Shown piece by piece: positions 1 through 12,419 of a stretch of DNA of 64,000 nt. The notes beneath the pieces are model-generated. The model worked only from the letters and a program-made list of their open reading frames with translations, had not been told where the DNA came from and did no database searches. A program made the translations under genes and the position numbers. The stretch lies in assembly GCF_022045235.1 (NCBI RefSeq), contig NW_027266319.1:59954001-60018000 (forward strand), in the 5' to 3' direction. The stretch's first letter is position 1; every line of letters begins with the position of its first letter. This stretch comes from Haliotis cracherodii (Eukaryota).

Positions 1-344
1 TTATAGATACTGCTGCTGGTTGTAAGAAGATTTCACGCTCTTGTACGTCTGGACTGAGTATCTAATGCCACAGTGTACGGTGATACATCAGCATTACGCG
101 ATTACTGGAAACGAAGTTTCAGTTTGCAAATAGCAACAAGGCAACAGTATGATCTGTTCTGCATGTCGCACACCGAGTCTCGGTTGTCTAACATCTAAAT
201 GTCAAAATATGATTTTCATCATGTTTCACAAATGGACCAGACTAGAAGCACCTGTCCCAGAGGTTCCCCATGACCCATTTATGCAGAACTAAGACCATAA
301 AATATTAATTATTAGATTTCCATTCAATTTTTTTCAAAAGCTTA

Positions 345-585
345 ATTGTTTGTTTATTTACCGCACTCAGCAATATTTCAGCTATATGACGGCGGTCTGT
401 AAATAATAGAATCTGGACCAGATAATCAAGTGACTGACATATTAAGCATCAATTTACGCAATTGGGATGCATGCATCAACCAAGTCACAGAGCCTGACCA
501 CCCAATCCCAGTCGCCTCTTACAAGCATGGGTTGGGTTTAATGATGCTTCCACTATTAACATCGAACCGTACTCCCTATAGGTTC
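345..585 (-). mobile_element. Family C (headless SINE-like element), degenerate copy
   Basis: Matches reverse complement of the 25190-25440 body (ctggaccagataatc...gagcctgaccacccaatcc...gcctcttacaagcatggg). Confidence 0.8.
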
Positions 586-619
586 AATAAAATGAGTTTG
601 TTTAAACGCTGCTTTTAAC

Positions 620-793
620 AGTAATCCAGGTAGAGCCCGAAGTGATGCAGGTCTCAGACGTTGCTGACAACCGAGAAACATAATCGGGTCGAACCGGGAT
701 TCGAACCCACAATCATAGGCTTCTTGTTTGCCCAAGGGACGTAACTCTGCACAGCGACTGCGGCGCCTTAGACGACTGGGCCACCCATGCTGC
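620..793 (-). mobile_element. Family B tRNA-Leu-like SINE, degenerate
   Basis: cccgaagtgatgcaggtctcagacg...ggattcgaacccac...gcgccttagacgactgggccaccc, as in 12140-12419. Confidence 0.8.
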
Positions 794-828
794 CTTTGGG
801 TTCAATAACTGATGCTAGGGTGGTAAAA

Positions 829-979
829 TGAGTGAAGTTTTGCGGTGCTTTAGCAATATTTCGGCATTATCACGGCGAGGAACACAAGAAGTGGGCTTCA
901 CACAATGTGCCCATATGAGAATCGAACCCGGGTCTTCGACGTGACGAGCGAACACCTTAACCACTACCCCACTGCCCCT
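829..979 (-). mobile_element. Family A tRNA-derived SINE
   Basis: Reverse-complement B box (aatcgaacc) plus family A body and tail. Confidence 0.85.
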
Positions 980-1931
980 AGGGTGGTGGAAGGTGAGTTA
1001 CCTATCAATAGCGAACAGTTTAGGATTCCAGTGATAATTATTATTTTTTCATTTATTACGACGACCTACATAAAGAGTTTATCAGGGGGTACTAATGTCA
1101 CGTTCAGGGCTGTACCGTAGAAACATTCTGCCCTGAACATGGATGAAAACAAATGAAACATATGCATGGTGTTTATATGATGGAAATATTAATATTAATA
1201 TAAATAAATATAAATATTAATTCAGTGACAGTTTCATAAATCATTTCACCGCTTGCCACGAACCATCGTTTTGCCATTGTTCTTCACATTTCCGTCCTTG
1301 TTGATTGTTTGCAAAACAGTTTTGCAATTTTACATTTTGAGAACCCTAGAGCAGCTCGATCACATATCCCCTTTGGTTACCAAACATGTTTGTTAGTGTT
1401 TGTGTCTCAAACAGTACAATTCAGTCAGCTATTTACCTAAACTTTTAAACCAGCGTTGCTGACAGTATCGTACACTTTTCAAAATTCATTGCACCTGTTC
1501 GCTAAAACGGGTATGCTAGGACGAAAATGAGGCACCCGTTTAACATTCCGTTTACATTTGTGAAGCTAATGGTGCACTTAACGTCCGATACGATCTATAC
1601 GTGCTGTAGGGGCACAAGGCGTGGTTACCCTACACTTGACATCTAACACTTCAATGCCTGCCACATAATAAGAAAATGACACGCAAATGGACCAAGCGGG
1701 TAGACTTAGTTTACATATGCACCCGGTATAGAGTTCCCGGGGGACAGAGGGACACAGCGCTCGAGTCACATACCTGTTTATATAGGATTTATCAAGATTG
1801 GAATTATAGTTTCAGATAAAGATTAACCGAGTGAGTTTAAGTCCAAAGTCGGATTCAGCAGTGTTTAATTCTTTTAACATCTTAGCTTCTTTATGAAAGC
1901 CCGTTTTGATGCAGGTCTTAGACGTGTACTC

Positions 1932-2092
1932 GGGGCGGTCGGGTAGCCTAGTGGTTAAAGCGTTCGCTCGTCACGCCAAAGACCCGGGTTCGATTCCCGA
2001 CATGAGTACAATGTGTGAAGCCCATTTCTGGTGTCCCCCGCCGTGGTATTGCTTGGATATTGCTAAAAGCGGCGTAAACCATACTCGCTCAC
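1932..2092 (+). mobile_element. Family A tRNA(Asp-like)-derived SINE, full length
   Basis: A box TAGCCTAGTGG, GTC anticodon-like loop, B box GGTTCGATTCC, tail ending in (ACTC)n; imperfect TSD cttag(a/g)cgt(g/t)tact. Confidence 0.9.
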
Positions 2093-2514
2093 TTAGGCGT
2101 TTACTACTTTGAGTACGGGTATGGGGATGTTAATTCGCGAGTAATGCCCCTAATGATGCAGATCTTACGTCTTAACAATTACGGTGAATCTAGAATCCAA
2201 ACCCACATCGATTCTGAAAAGACTAAGGGGTGAAGATGCCCAGAACGGCTTGTGGCGCTTGGTCCACTGGGCCAATAAGGCTCTATAGATGGTTGATTTA
2301 CAGAATTACGTACGGGCGTTGTTAGTTCGTTTATAAAGGTCATCGGTGATTTCCGGCGTTCTTCGGCAACCCCTGTGGGGCAAAATGAATCCCCAGTTCC
2401 TAAACGTCTGGCTTACTGGAATATTTCCAGGCCGCTAGGATTTAGAGTATTTGAACACAGGAACAGTTCTCACTGCTGCGCATAGTGTCGTTCACATACT
2501 CATTCCTCCTGACT

Positions 2515-2735
2515 GCGAGTGAGTGAGTCGCGTTTGACGCCGTTTTGAACAGACAGTATTTCAGTTATATCACGACGTGTCCGCTTGTGATGAGGTGATG
2601 GCCTTCACCGCTTTGGTGAAACCAACAAGCACGCATATGGTGCTGTCATACCTGGAAACATAATCAGGGCAAATCGGGATTCAAACTCAAGATAAGTAGT
2701 GTCTGGCACGCATAAGGGACACAACTCTGTATAGA
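2515..2735 (-). mobile_element. Family B SINE, old degenerate copy
   Basis: (GAGT)n tail followed by a diverged B body (cataatcagggcaaatcgggattc...agggacacaactctg). Confidence 0.65.
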
Positions 2736-3294
2736 ACTTTCCGTATATCATTCGCAGAGGTCAAGGCCAGTTAGACGACGCTCTTGTTTAGCAGCGTAGG
2801 AGCAAAACACACACAAACAAATCACTTACGATATTTTCACCAAAGGCATTGCAAAAGTTGGCGTGCGGGGCTTTACGTAAGTGGAACTTACACATGGAAC
2901 GCACAATCGAAACAAAACCAGTAGAATGAATAATGGCATGCCATGATAAGCATGTCGTGAAGTCTTATGAATATATACGCCAAGAAGATTAACTTACAGC
3001 TTACGGAGTCAGCAAACCTAAAATGTAGACAACAATACAGAATCCGTGACATCGTGCAGCGTAATAATACCAGAAAAGCCCCGCCCATTCTGTTATCAGC
3101 CAATCAGGAAACAGTAGTCTGTCAGTGGGAGAGGACTATTTTTTGGGTCATGGAAACCTGTTCGCATATCAAATGCCACAGAATCGCGTGCAATTAATTT
3201 ATTCGACACCATCTCGACTGCGAGGTATGCATGCTGAATAACTTGTGAACGAACCCCGCTGTTAAATCGAAGCAGGCAGGAACTATTTTCTTAC

Positions 3295-3448
3295 CTGCAG
3301 AAGGCGCGCAATGTCTCCACGTCGACGCCGCAGCACATCTTCCGCTGAGAGTACTGCATGTTCTGGTACTGGCTGCTGTAGTCTGTGAAGCAGCTATAAG
3401 CCTGCGATTTGACATCCTGGGGACATTCTCCCTTCACCCCACATACCA
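3295..3448 (-). CDS. Internal coding exon of an unidentified Cys-rich, probably secreted protein
   Basis: Minus strand tgtttgtttcAG|TG GTA TGT...TTC TGC AG|GTAAG. 154 nt, phase 1 in and phase 2 out, 50 open codons: VCGVKGECPQDVKSQAYSCFTDYSSQYQNMQYSQRKMCCGVDVETLRAFC. GC3-rich against AT-rich flanks. Confidence 0.75.
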
Positions 3449-4516
3449 CTGAAACAAACAACAACAACAATAAATAGACAGCTGATAGCGAGTGAGTTAA
3501 AATTTAACGTCGCAACGGCATTATTTCAGCCATATAGCGACGACAGCTGATAGACACGTTAGTATTCGAGGTGTTGTCTCAGTGTTTCGTGTCATGTCAT
3601 TGGAACAACCTCGATTTTTATTGGTTAATCAGAAGTTTCAAATCTCAATAACATGATTGAAACTTCTCGTTTGGTTCCCTATCCAATTTTAGATAAAATA
3701 CAGAATAAAGAACCTTTATCACAGTAATGTGTATACGCATGTCATTACATTTACCATAACAACTTTCATTAGAAACAAATGACCGTTAAAATCTATAACA
3801 AGCACGTGACCTTGACCTGTGGGTGCAAGGTCAAGGACACGTTGACACAAACGCGGTGTCCAGCAAACGGAGCAAAATCCATAAATTTGTAAAAGTGAAA
3901 ATGGATGGGACAGGTTGTCCGGCATAAGAATCTCGTCCCACAAGATCGATTGACCTTCAGTAAGACACGCTGTCACCGCTAACACGTCCCTCTCGTTAAC
4001 TCACGACAGAACAGGCGAAAATGTTTTAGCCGTAATTTAAAACAAAATATTTACGACCTTTGATGTAGGAAAAATAGAAAGAGGTGTACGCTTGCCAATT
4101 TTCCCCGTTGAGTGTTTACTGTGCGAGAACCTTGAAAGCACTAGCTTTTGATGTTGGCGGAAAAAACACTGTTAAACGTATAGTTGAATTACCCTCGCGG
4201 GTACTGTTCTTCCAAACAACTGCACATTCTCTTGTACGTCTTCCACTATCTACACCCTGTCTCTTGAAATATTCATTGGAAGGCCCCTCAAAAGCGAGTC
4301 TCAGGCCTAATTGATATGCATGACTGTACCGGTCTCACCAAAGTCTCTTTGATATCTCCGAAAGTCTGGCGGCACAACGAGTGTCTGTGAAAACTTCGCG
4401 CTTGGCGTTGAAATGGTGCGGAAGCGTTTTGAAATGCCTTGTGAACCGTTTCGTCATTAGGAACACCGGTTAAAAACAAAGTCAACCTGATTTAGTGTGG
4501 AGGTACTCTGGACGCC

Positions 4517-4623
4517 TGACGTCAAAACGTCACAGTGACGTGTGCAAGTTTACACCATACTACCGTTTGCTCATACTCGGGTACTCGGAAAACAGTCATA
4601 ACAAAAATGCAGATGTGACGTCA
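4517..4623. promoter_or_regulatory. CRE/ATF site cluster
   Basis: TGACGTCA at 4517-4524 and 4616-4623, plus half-sites ACGTCA (4527) and TGACGT (4536). Confidence 0.4.
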
Positions 4624-4790
4624 TTCTTGTAATGATTTTCACAGATAGGAGAAATATTTACTCAACACCATTGCTTCAATCTAGATTCAGAGCCAGTTTA
4701 TTGCGATACTTTCAGTTGATGTTAAAAATTCAAAGGAACTGGCGATCTCGCAACACAAAGGACCCCGGACGCTTCGCATAGAACAGAGGT

Positions 4791-4950
4791 CTGTCGGGGA
4801 GCCTAGTGGTTAAAGCGTTCGCTCGTCACGCCGAAGACCCGGGTTCGATTCCCGACATGGGTACAATGTGTGAAACCCATTTCTGGTGTCCCCCGCCGTG
4901 ATGTTGCTGGAATATTGCTAAAAGCCACGTAAAACTATACTCACTCACTC
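4791..4950 (+). mobile_element. Family A SINE
   Basis: Full body; TSD cgca(t/c)agaacag. Confidence 0.9.
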
Positions 4951-5754
4951 GCACAGAACAGGTTGGTGTTTGCGATCGCCACCAAGACACCAGTTATTAT
5001 AGTGAAATAATAAAAACTGGAGCATGTATACACCGTCCAATCCCATCAAACGAACCCGTCGCTTCTCTGCTCCCAGTGACCTCCCTTTGACGCCGGTAGA
5101 GGGCGTTGTGGGGGTTATGGGGTGCAACAGAGGCACTATATCTCTGTCAGATCATATCCAGCGTCAAGATGGAACATGTCAAACTGGAAAGCCAGTTAAA
5201 TCAATACGCTGGACTTTTTTTCAACAAGAATGTGATGCCTCTGCCCTTAACACTTCAGTAAACACAAGGCAGGATAAGAACCGCGAGATGGTGGAGGTGG
5301 TGAGCTGAGAGATGGAGCGAATCATAAGATGTTGATGTGAATGAAATACACCAGGTGTGAAAACAGATACAGCGAGAACAAAAGTACTCGATAAGGGCCG
5401 AAATGCCCGGTGATATGACCCTAATCGTGTTTATTTTATCCTTCTGTGTGTGAACATGCTTGTGTAGGGTAGAGGTGAACATGTTTCCTTATGTTAAAAT
5501 CTCTGTGCCATCTTGGCAGGAATCAGATTGCCCTAGCAGATTACAGTATACTTAAACCTTCAGCCCGTCCTGAAGACATCACTGTGTCGTGGCTCGGCCT
5601 ATGATATGGCAGTTGATGGTAAATACTTTCTAATCATGTGTTGTGATATTGATAATTACTGTAATAAATCAGGCAGTGTCTGCAACATGAAGACCGACTC
5701 CCTTCTTGTCTTTTAATCCGAATACACGTATAAAATAGCACCTGCACATTCCGG

Positions 5755-5918
5755 TGAGTGAGTGAGTATGGTTTTACGCCGCTTTTAGCAATATTCCAGC
5801 AATGTCACGGCGGGGGTCACCAGAAATGGGCTTCACACATTGTACCCATGTCGGGAATCGAACCCGGGTCTTCGGCGTGACGAGCGAAGTTTTGACCACT
5901 TGGCTCCCCGACCGCCCC
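5755..5918 (-). mobile_element. Family A SINE
   Basis: Full-length reverse-complement match. Confidence 0.9.
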
Positions 5919-6284
5919 TTGTAACAAGGTTTAACGTTAACAGTACACGCTGCAGAATATGTCCCTGATTAAGGCTAGTCGCAAGAACCGACTAATGACC
6001 ATCGGGTGGTAACAATGTGTTATCTAGCAGTATCATTAGCAGTATTTGATACGGAGCGTGACGCATAGCAATCCTCGCAATGTGTTGCAGAGTTGCGTCC
6101 CCTAGATGAGCAAGGATATTATACCCAAAGGCTCGAATGTAAGATACCGCTCTGTAACAAGCACTAGTCTGACAGCATCATATCCATGCGACCTGCAACA
6201 CATTGCCCGTTCATTCTAACTTATTTGACACGCCATGATATAACCGAACAGCTGTTCAAAGGCACATTGACACTCAAGTCTAAT

Positions 6285-6395
6285 ATAGTGATTGACATCA
6301 TGAGCATCGATCGACGCAGTTGGGAAACGATGACATGCATCAACCAAGGCAGCGAGCCTGATCACGCGATCCCGTTAGTCGCCTCTTGCGATGTA
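6285..6395 (-). mobile_element. Family C fragment
   Basis: gtgattgacatcatgagcatcgatc...gatcccgttagtcgcctctt. Confidence 0.75.
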
Positions 6396-8079
6396 TTCGA
6401 CTCCCCCAAGAACATGTACAAGGTATAAAGAGGGACTGCTGTCTGTTTTCAGCACAGACGTTGTTGTTTGTGCTTTTAACAAATTTTCTCCATTAGCTGC
6501 TAACCATTAGCTGCTAACCTTTAGCTGCTAGGCTGAGAACCACTTTGTCTCTCTCCCAGACCCGAAACATGAAGTGAAAAATGAATCCAACTCAAGACTA
6601 TATTGCCTCAGTATTGTTATGGGTACCATTGTAATTTTCCTTTTTATGGAATGACAGATTAACTTTATTAATATGAAAGAATAGAGTGTTCCTTAACTTC
6701 TTTTGAGTAGAATACATTCTTAAATAAGATAAAAAAAATTCTGGGACTAAATGTTAGCCAATTAACCATCTAGAAACGCGTTAGCAGATAAATCAGACAG
6801 TTTCATAATGGTATCATTAATATTCGCTGGGACTGCCGATTTGTCCGTGCATATTCCCCCTTTAACTGTACATAAAATGATGATATTCGGTTATGCTTGT
6901 TTTCCTGTCGTTTCAAGAAAACCAAAACCAAATTCATCATGATCAAGAAAGCCCTGCACACTGTCAATGGTAATTACAGCCTCTCTTCTTTCATGTAGTC
7001 CCTGATGCTATTTACATAGCCAAGATGGTGTTTTTCCCATGCTGCAAAGTAGCTATTTTCCCCATTTGCCATCGCCTTATGGTGCCTAAAACGACAGATA
7101 CATCACATTCCAAAGATACGTCAAAACAAGGAGATGAAACTTATTTCTGTACATGAACTAACACAGCATCGCCGCCTCCGCCACAAGGTGTGGTACCGCT
7201 GATTGAAAAAACTCCCACTTCAATTGAACCGGAACTACCTTTCATGTTCTTCCGCATTCACAGTCACGGAGCAAATTCCAGGTCACGCGCCATTGGCTTG
7301 TTTCATACGTGATACACCAATACAATTCTTTGACAAATATACCATTCCCGCTGAAAAGCCGCAAAATAAATCACGGGGCAAGTACGGAGCACGGTAGGGG
7401 AAAGGAAAATATTATGAAAGCTCGTTTGCTGGGGTCGTAAACTGAAAATAAAAACCGCAGGCTTTAGCAGAAGATGAAGTCGGTTTTCACGTGGCCCGTC
7501 TAAATGCTTCAGAGAATTGGAATCGGTTACCAATCTAGTTTTTCAAGAAAGGGGTCGTTTTACAGTATTTAGACTTCCTCTGCTAATAGAGCATGTTCGA
7601 ACAACGATACATGCAAGGTTTAGATGAAACAGATCGCTCGCTCAGCGCTCGTCAACGCACGTGCTAAACGTGATGCTCGTTGCGGAGAATTGCCTCGTTA
7701 AACTCGACCCAAACCCAGATGGGATATGATAAAATATGCAATGTGATCTGAAATGTGTTGATGATAAGGCTGTGAAGCAACGGACACACTGCGTGTTTTT
7801 CTTTCTGCTTGATTAGCCGAAGCTCTCGAGAAAAGGGAGGCCGAGACGGGAGCATCAAAAGTGAATCAAGAATTGCAATCTGGTTTCAACACATCCGGTC
7901 CCTACAGAGCACTCATGAAAATTCAACAAGGGTGGCACAAATTAAAACTTCATGTAATGACGGGGTCGCTGAACAGCAAGAATGGGCGGGATGACAAAAT
8001 TATCACTGGTCCGAAACATGCGCACGTGACCGTGGGTCATCTTACGTAAGTTGCTTTCACTGGCTGTTTCACATTCAGA

Positions 8080-8212
8080 CGTCACGCCGAAGACCCGGGT
8101 TCGATTCCCGACATGGGTACAATGTGTGAAGCCCATTTTTGGTGTCCCCTGCCGTGATGTTGCTGGAATATTGCTAAAAGCGGCGTAAAACCATATTCAC
8201 TTACTCACTCAC
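8080..8212 (+). mobile_element. Family A SINE, 5'-truncated
   Basis: Starts mid-head at cgtcacgccg; TSD tcacattcaga on both sides. Confidence 0.9.
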
Positions 8213-8280
8213 ATTCAGAAATATTGAACAGATTTACCTTTTTTTCAGACAAAGGACGCATTATTGTAAATATCAATCAT

Positions 8281-8508
8281 CTCGCCAAAGACCCGGGTTC
8301 GATTCCCGACACGGGTACAATGTTTGAAGCCCATTGCTGGTGTCCCCCGCCGTGATATTGCTGGAATGTTGCTAAAAGCGGCGTAAAACCAACTCACTCA
8401 CTCACTCACTCACTCACTCACCTGTATCAACTTTCTTCCCACATTAAGCTGACACGCCGTGATACAACTAGAATAATTGAAAGCGGCGCTAAACCCTACT
8501 CACTCGCT
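8281..8508 (+). mobile_element. 5'-truncated family A SINE followed by a family B tail fragment
   Basis: A body to about 8420, then cccacattaagctgacacgccgtgat...actcactc. Confidence 0.8.
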
Positions 8509-9176
8509 CATTAACCGGAATCCCTACGAGGCTCAGTGACATGAACGAAATACATGAACACCAAATCTTTAGGAAACACTTTTTCTGCTTTGTTCTTTAA
8601 TGCCTGGATTGTTTAATTCCCAATCTCAATCTGCCCATCTGAATGTCTCATTTGATCTTATTAAATTGTATTTCTTATCTCGACAAGAGAACGTGACGAA
8701 CTATTTTATGGCGGGAGTTTGTTTGATACAGATTGCCGTAAAATTCAGGACGTAGCTTCATTGTGTGTAACGGTCACACATGCATCTTTGATGACGCAGC
8801 CATGTTGCAAATATTGTCTTTAATTTTCTGAAGATGTTACGTTTTATTGACAGTCATACTTGTCGTAGTACATTGTAACGTAATGAAAAGACGTGCAACC
8901 ATAGAAATAGGTCAACTAATTAATTCGTCGTCTCTAGAAAATAGACATTTGATCAATAAAACATGTACTTGAGGTTTCAAGCCTTGGAAATAAAATCTCG
9001 ATATTAGATACATTAACATTAATATGAGTTCTAGGAATTGTGTTGCCACAAGCTACAAGTACGTTGTTTCGAGTAACTGGTGTTATATACCAGTTAATGC
9101 ATTAGAGAGCGCCATGGCAACCATTTATATTATGAAGCCCTGACGTTGAACATATTGTTACAGAAGTGTCAATAAA

Positions 9177-9348
9177 GAGTGAGTGAGTTAGTGAGTATGA
9201 TTTTACGCCGCTTTTAGCAATATTCCAGCAATATCACGGCGGGGGACACCAGAAATGGGCTTCACACATTGTACCCATCTCGGGAATTGAATCCGGGTCT
9301 TCGGCGTGACGAGCGAACGCTTTAACCACAAGGCTACCCGACCGCCCC
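9177..9348 (-). mobile_element. Family A SINE
   Basis: Full length; TSD tcaataaaga. Confidence 0.9.
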
Positions 9349-9408
9349 TCAATAAAGAAGATTTGCTGCAAAGACATACATACCGACCAAAGGCGGGGCC
9401 AGGAAATG

Positions 9409-9515
9409 CGGGTGGGTGGGGTGGGGTGGGGTGGGGTGGGCCGGAGCGGGGTGGTGGGGTGCATGGGTGTGGTTTGGTGGGTCGGGTAGGGGTGGTCTGG
9501 GTCGGGGTGGGATGG
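9409..9515 (+). repeat. (GGGGT)n-like G-rich tract, G-quadruplex-prone
   Basis: More than ten G3-G4 runs separated by short loops. Confidence 0.8.
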
Positions 9516-9669
9516 GTAGTTGGTCTATGTAGGGGTGTTTCCCGTCTGTCAATAGACCTGAGGACGAGTTGGAACTGGTGTTGAACCTATTAACAGCAGT
9601 CGCTATTTGATTGGATCAAGTACCTATTACCTCGAATAGTGCTGACACAATTCACTCATTCACAAAGTA

Positions 9670-9684
9670 CCCCCCCCCCCCCCC

Positions 9685-9760
<76 letters not shown>
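9670..9760. repeat. poly-C plus (CA)n microsatellite
   Basis: Direct reading. Confidence 0.95.
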
Positions 9761-9763
<3 letters not shown>

Positions 9764-10921
9764 CGAACGCTTTTTAGCTAATTGGCACAAAACACCATAG
9801 ACGGTTAAAAACGGGGATTTAATATTGTTTGAATATTGCTAAAAGCGCCGTCAAACCAACACTCACTCACTCACTCTAAACCATCTCAGTGTATCCTAAA
9901 ATATCAACAAGAGCCAAAACAATATGTTTTTCATTTTCGCATGTTCCACATCAGATGTCGAAGCAACCTGCTTCTTATCGACTGAATTATTTAGCCTTGG
10001 GATGAACGTGACAATGCGCCCGGATCTCAAGTCGATATAGAATGAAGTCTTTGAGCAGGTGTGAGTTCCGCAATGGAGCATGCGAGCTCAAAGACGCCAA
10101 AGAGGTCCTCACTATTCTGTTTTTACCGCACACCTAATACGACAAACCCACACCATCTTGGAAGTCAGTGTGTGCTTTAGATCAGCTAAGTCTATCAAAT
10201 CCTCATTTGAGTCAAGAACCGCGAAGCAGGATTACCCACGCTTCACCATGGTCAAATTATCAACAATCAACTGTTGTCAAACGACAGAGGAGCCTACGTG
10301 AATGACCGACACAAATGACTATTTCACAAAACCAGACTCGTCGGTATACAGGATAGATAAATCATTCTGTGAAGTCGGCTATCCACACAAAATAACAAAC
10401 CAGCCGTGACAGTGTAATTTATCCCGGTGTGCTATTGAAATAAATGCCACGTTTTCGCTTGGGTGCTTTTCGACGTATGGAAGCCTAACACCCCACTGCG
10501 TTCCTCGCCAAATGTCCTAGTATCGGACGCATTGGTAGCCATTCCTCGCAATAAAATATCACAAAAATGTTGTATAATATTCATAACAGCATGAGACGTC
10601 TTTACGCCCCCGACAGCTTCAACACCGCCCTAAATTAGCCCTTGTTTTAATGTAATGCTATATGGTGAAATTTAGACCATTATGATATTGACTTGGGAAG
10701 CGTTTTGAACCCCGCTAGGTCCCGAATATTACCCACGTCAACGGGGGCAAGGCAATTTTGATATCGGCTTTCTATTGACTTGAACATTAGGTAGATATGA
10801 TATTTTGCCACGTAAATATGAAATGTCAACGTGATTATAGCTTATATCATAGTTTCTCTTCCTCTGAGGCTACAGGAAGATCGCGTTTCAAGGTAAAATA
10901 TGTCCCCATGTCTCCCATAAC

Positions 10922-11095
10922 TTGTTTGTTTAACGCCGCACTCAGCAATATTCTAGCCATATGAAGGCGATCTGTATATAATTGAGTCTGGACCAGACAT
11001 TCCAGTGATTGACATCATGAGCATCGATCTACGCAATTGGGATACGATGACATGTATCAACCAAGTCAACAGCCTGAACAAGTATGGGCAGCTGA
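10922..11095 (-). mobile_element. Family C element, partial
   Basis: tttaacgccgcactcagcaatatt...gacatcatgagcatcgatctacgcaattgggatacg. Confidence 0.85.
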
Positions 11096-12139
11096 AAGCC
11101 TTCTTTAGTTATTCGGTTTAACAAGATGCTGGAAGATATGCATCACCGCAAGCAAGGACATTGACCGTTTCACAACAGATATGAATTGCCTGTGGTTTGA
11201 CCACTTGTGGTCGAGATGAATTACATTTATACAAAATAAGGTTAAAACCGTTAATTTTTATGTGTTGGGCGTAACCAACTCAACAGTATTAATTTACCTC
11301 GAAGCACGCTGTTCTAATGCCCACCCTTTATCGCCATTCCCAGCATCGAACCTACTTAACTGACGAACATGATGCGAAAAATGCCCCCCAATCTAACGCC
11401 ATCATTTTCCATTAAATGACTGTTATTCCCCATCATATGATTCTCCGGAAATATATCTTGTCATCCCCTTGCTAAACTGTCTGACACATTTTTTTTTTTG
11501 CTTTTAGAGCAAAGTCTACTGGTACGGTTGTTTCAGTACACACCACTAATTCTGAAATAATAGCCCCCAATGTCTGATACGATTTCCCCTACGACTGTTA
11601 TTAGCGCTCCAGCTGTTGAAAAGAGCGCGGGGCTGTTTTCTATCACTGTAAGTCATTCACGGGTCGTATGTTTTCTCTGTACGGTCTTGTTGTTAGGGAA
11701 ACACGATTTGTTTAGATGCAACCTCGCTTATTTACAGGTATTACTGGAGTATTGCTGAGTGCGGACAGACAAAGCTTGACGCCATGAAGGAGGATGACCC
11801 GGCCCAAATAATTTGTCACAAAGCTAGATGTACCCCTGGTCAGTTTTATCAGTGTTGTATGCAATAGATATTATTGTCTTCAGTATACATATGTATATAG
11901 GTATGTAGGTATGTGGTCTCCGGTGCTGTGTTTTTCTCCAGAAGTATATCTAACATATAGTTGTGACATGGAAATATTTTAAGATTGTTCATGTCAAATG
12001 TCTATGATATTAATATGCATACTATTGAAAAAAACGTTAAGAACGCCCAATCCTTTCATATTTCTGTTGATAAGACGTCATGCCATGGCAGATTAACTAT
12101 AGTAATGTGAAAAACCCGGGTGTTGTGAGTGGTATATTA

Positions 12140-12419
12140 GTGAGTGAGTGAGTTGGGTTTAACGCCGCTTTGAACAGTATTCTAGCTATATCACGGCGTG
12201 TCAGCTTAATGTGGGAGGAAAGCCCGAAGTGATGCAGGTCTCAGACGTTTATCACTTCGGTGAAACCCACGAGCACATGTATGGTGTTGACAAACCTAGA
12301 AACATAATTGGGGCGAACCGGGATTCGAACCCACAATCATAGGTTTCTTGCGCGCCCAAGGGACGCAACTCTGCATAGCGAATCGCGGCGCCTTAGACGA
12401 CTGGGCCACCCGTGCCCCC
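12140..12419 (-). mobile_element. Family B SINE, full length
   Basis: Head GGCACGGGTGGCCCAGTCGTCTAAGGCG...GGTTCGAATCC on the minus strand; 13-bp TSD gagtg(g/t)tatatta at 12127-12139 and 12420-12432. Confidence 0.92.

Noticed and set aside
1-200. Next exon of the Cys-rich gene
   Set aside because: Candidate acceptors give early stops in the required phase 2.
3999-4060. Minus-strand phase-1 donor (C|GTGAGT) as the upstream exon
   Set aside because: In-frame stop upstream and no ATG.
9896-9935. MKNILFWLLLIF as the missing signal-peptide exon
   Set aside because: It is followed directly by TAG, with no phase-1 GT donor.
10490-10555. HDV-like ribozyme (two TTCCTCGC words)
   Set aside because: Could not build the P3, P1 and P2 pairings.
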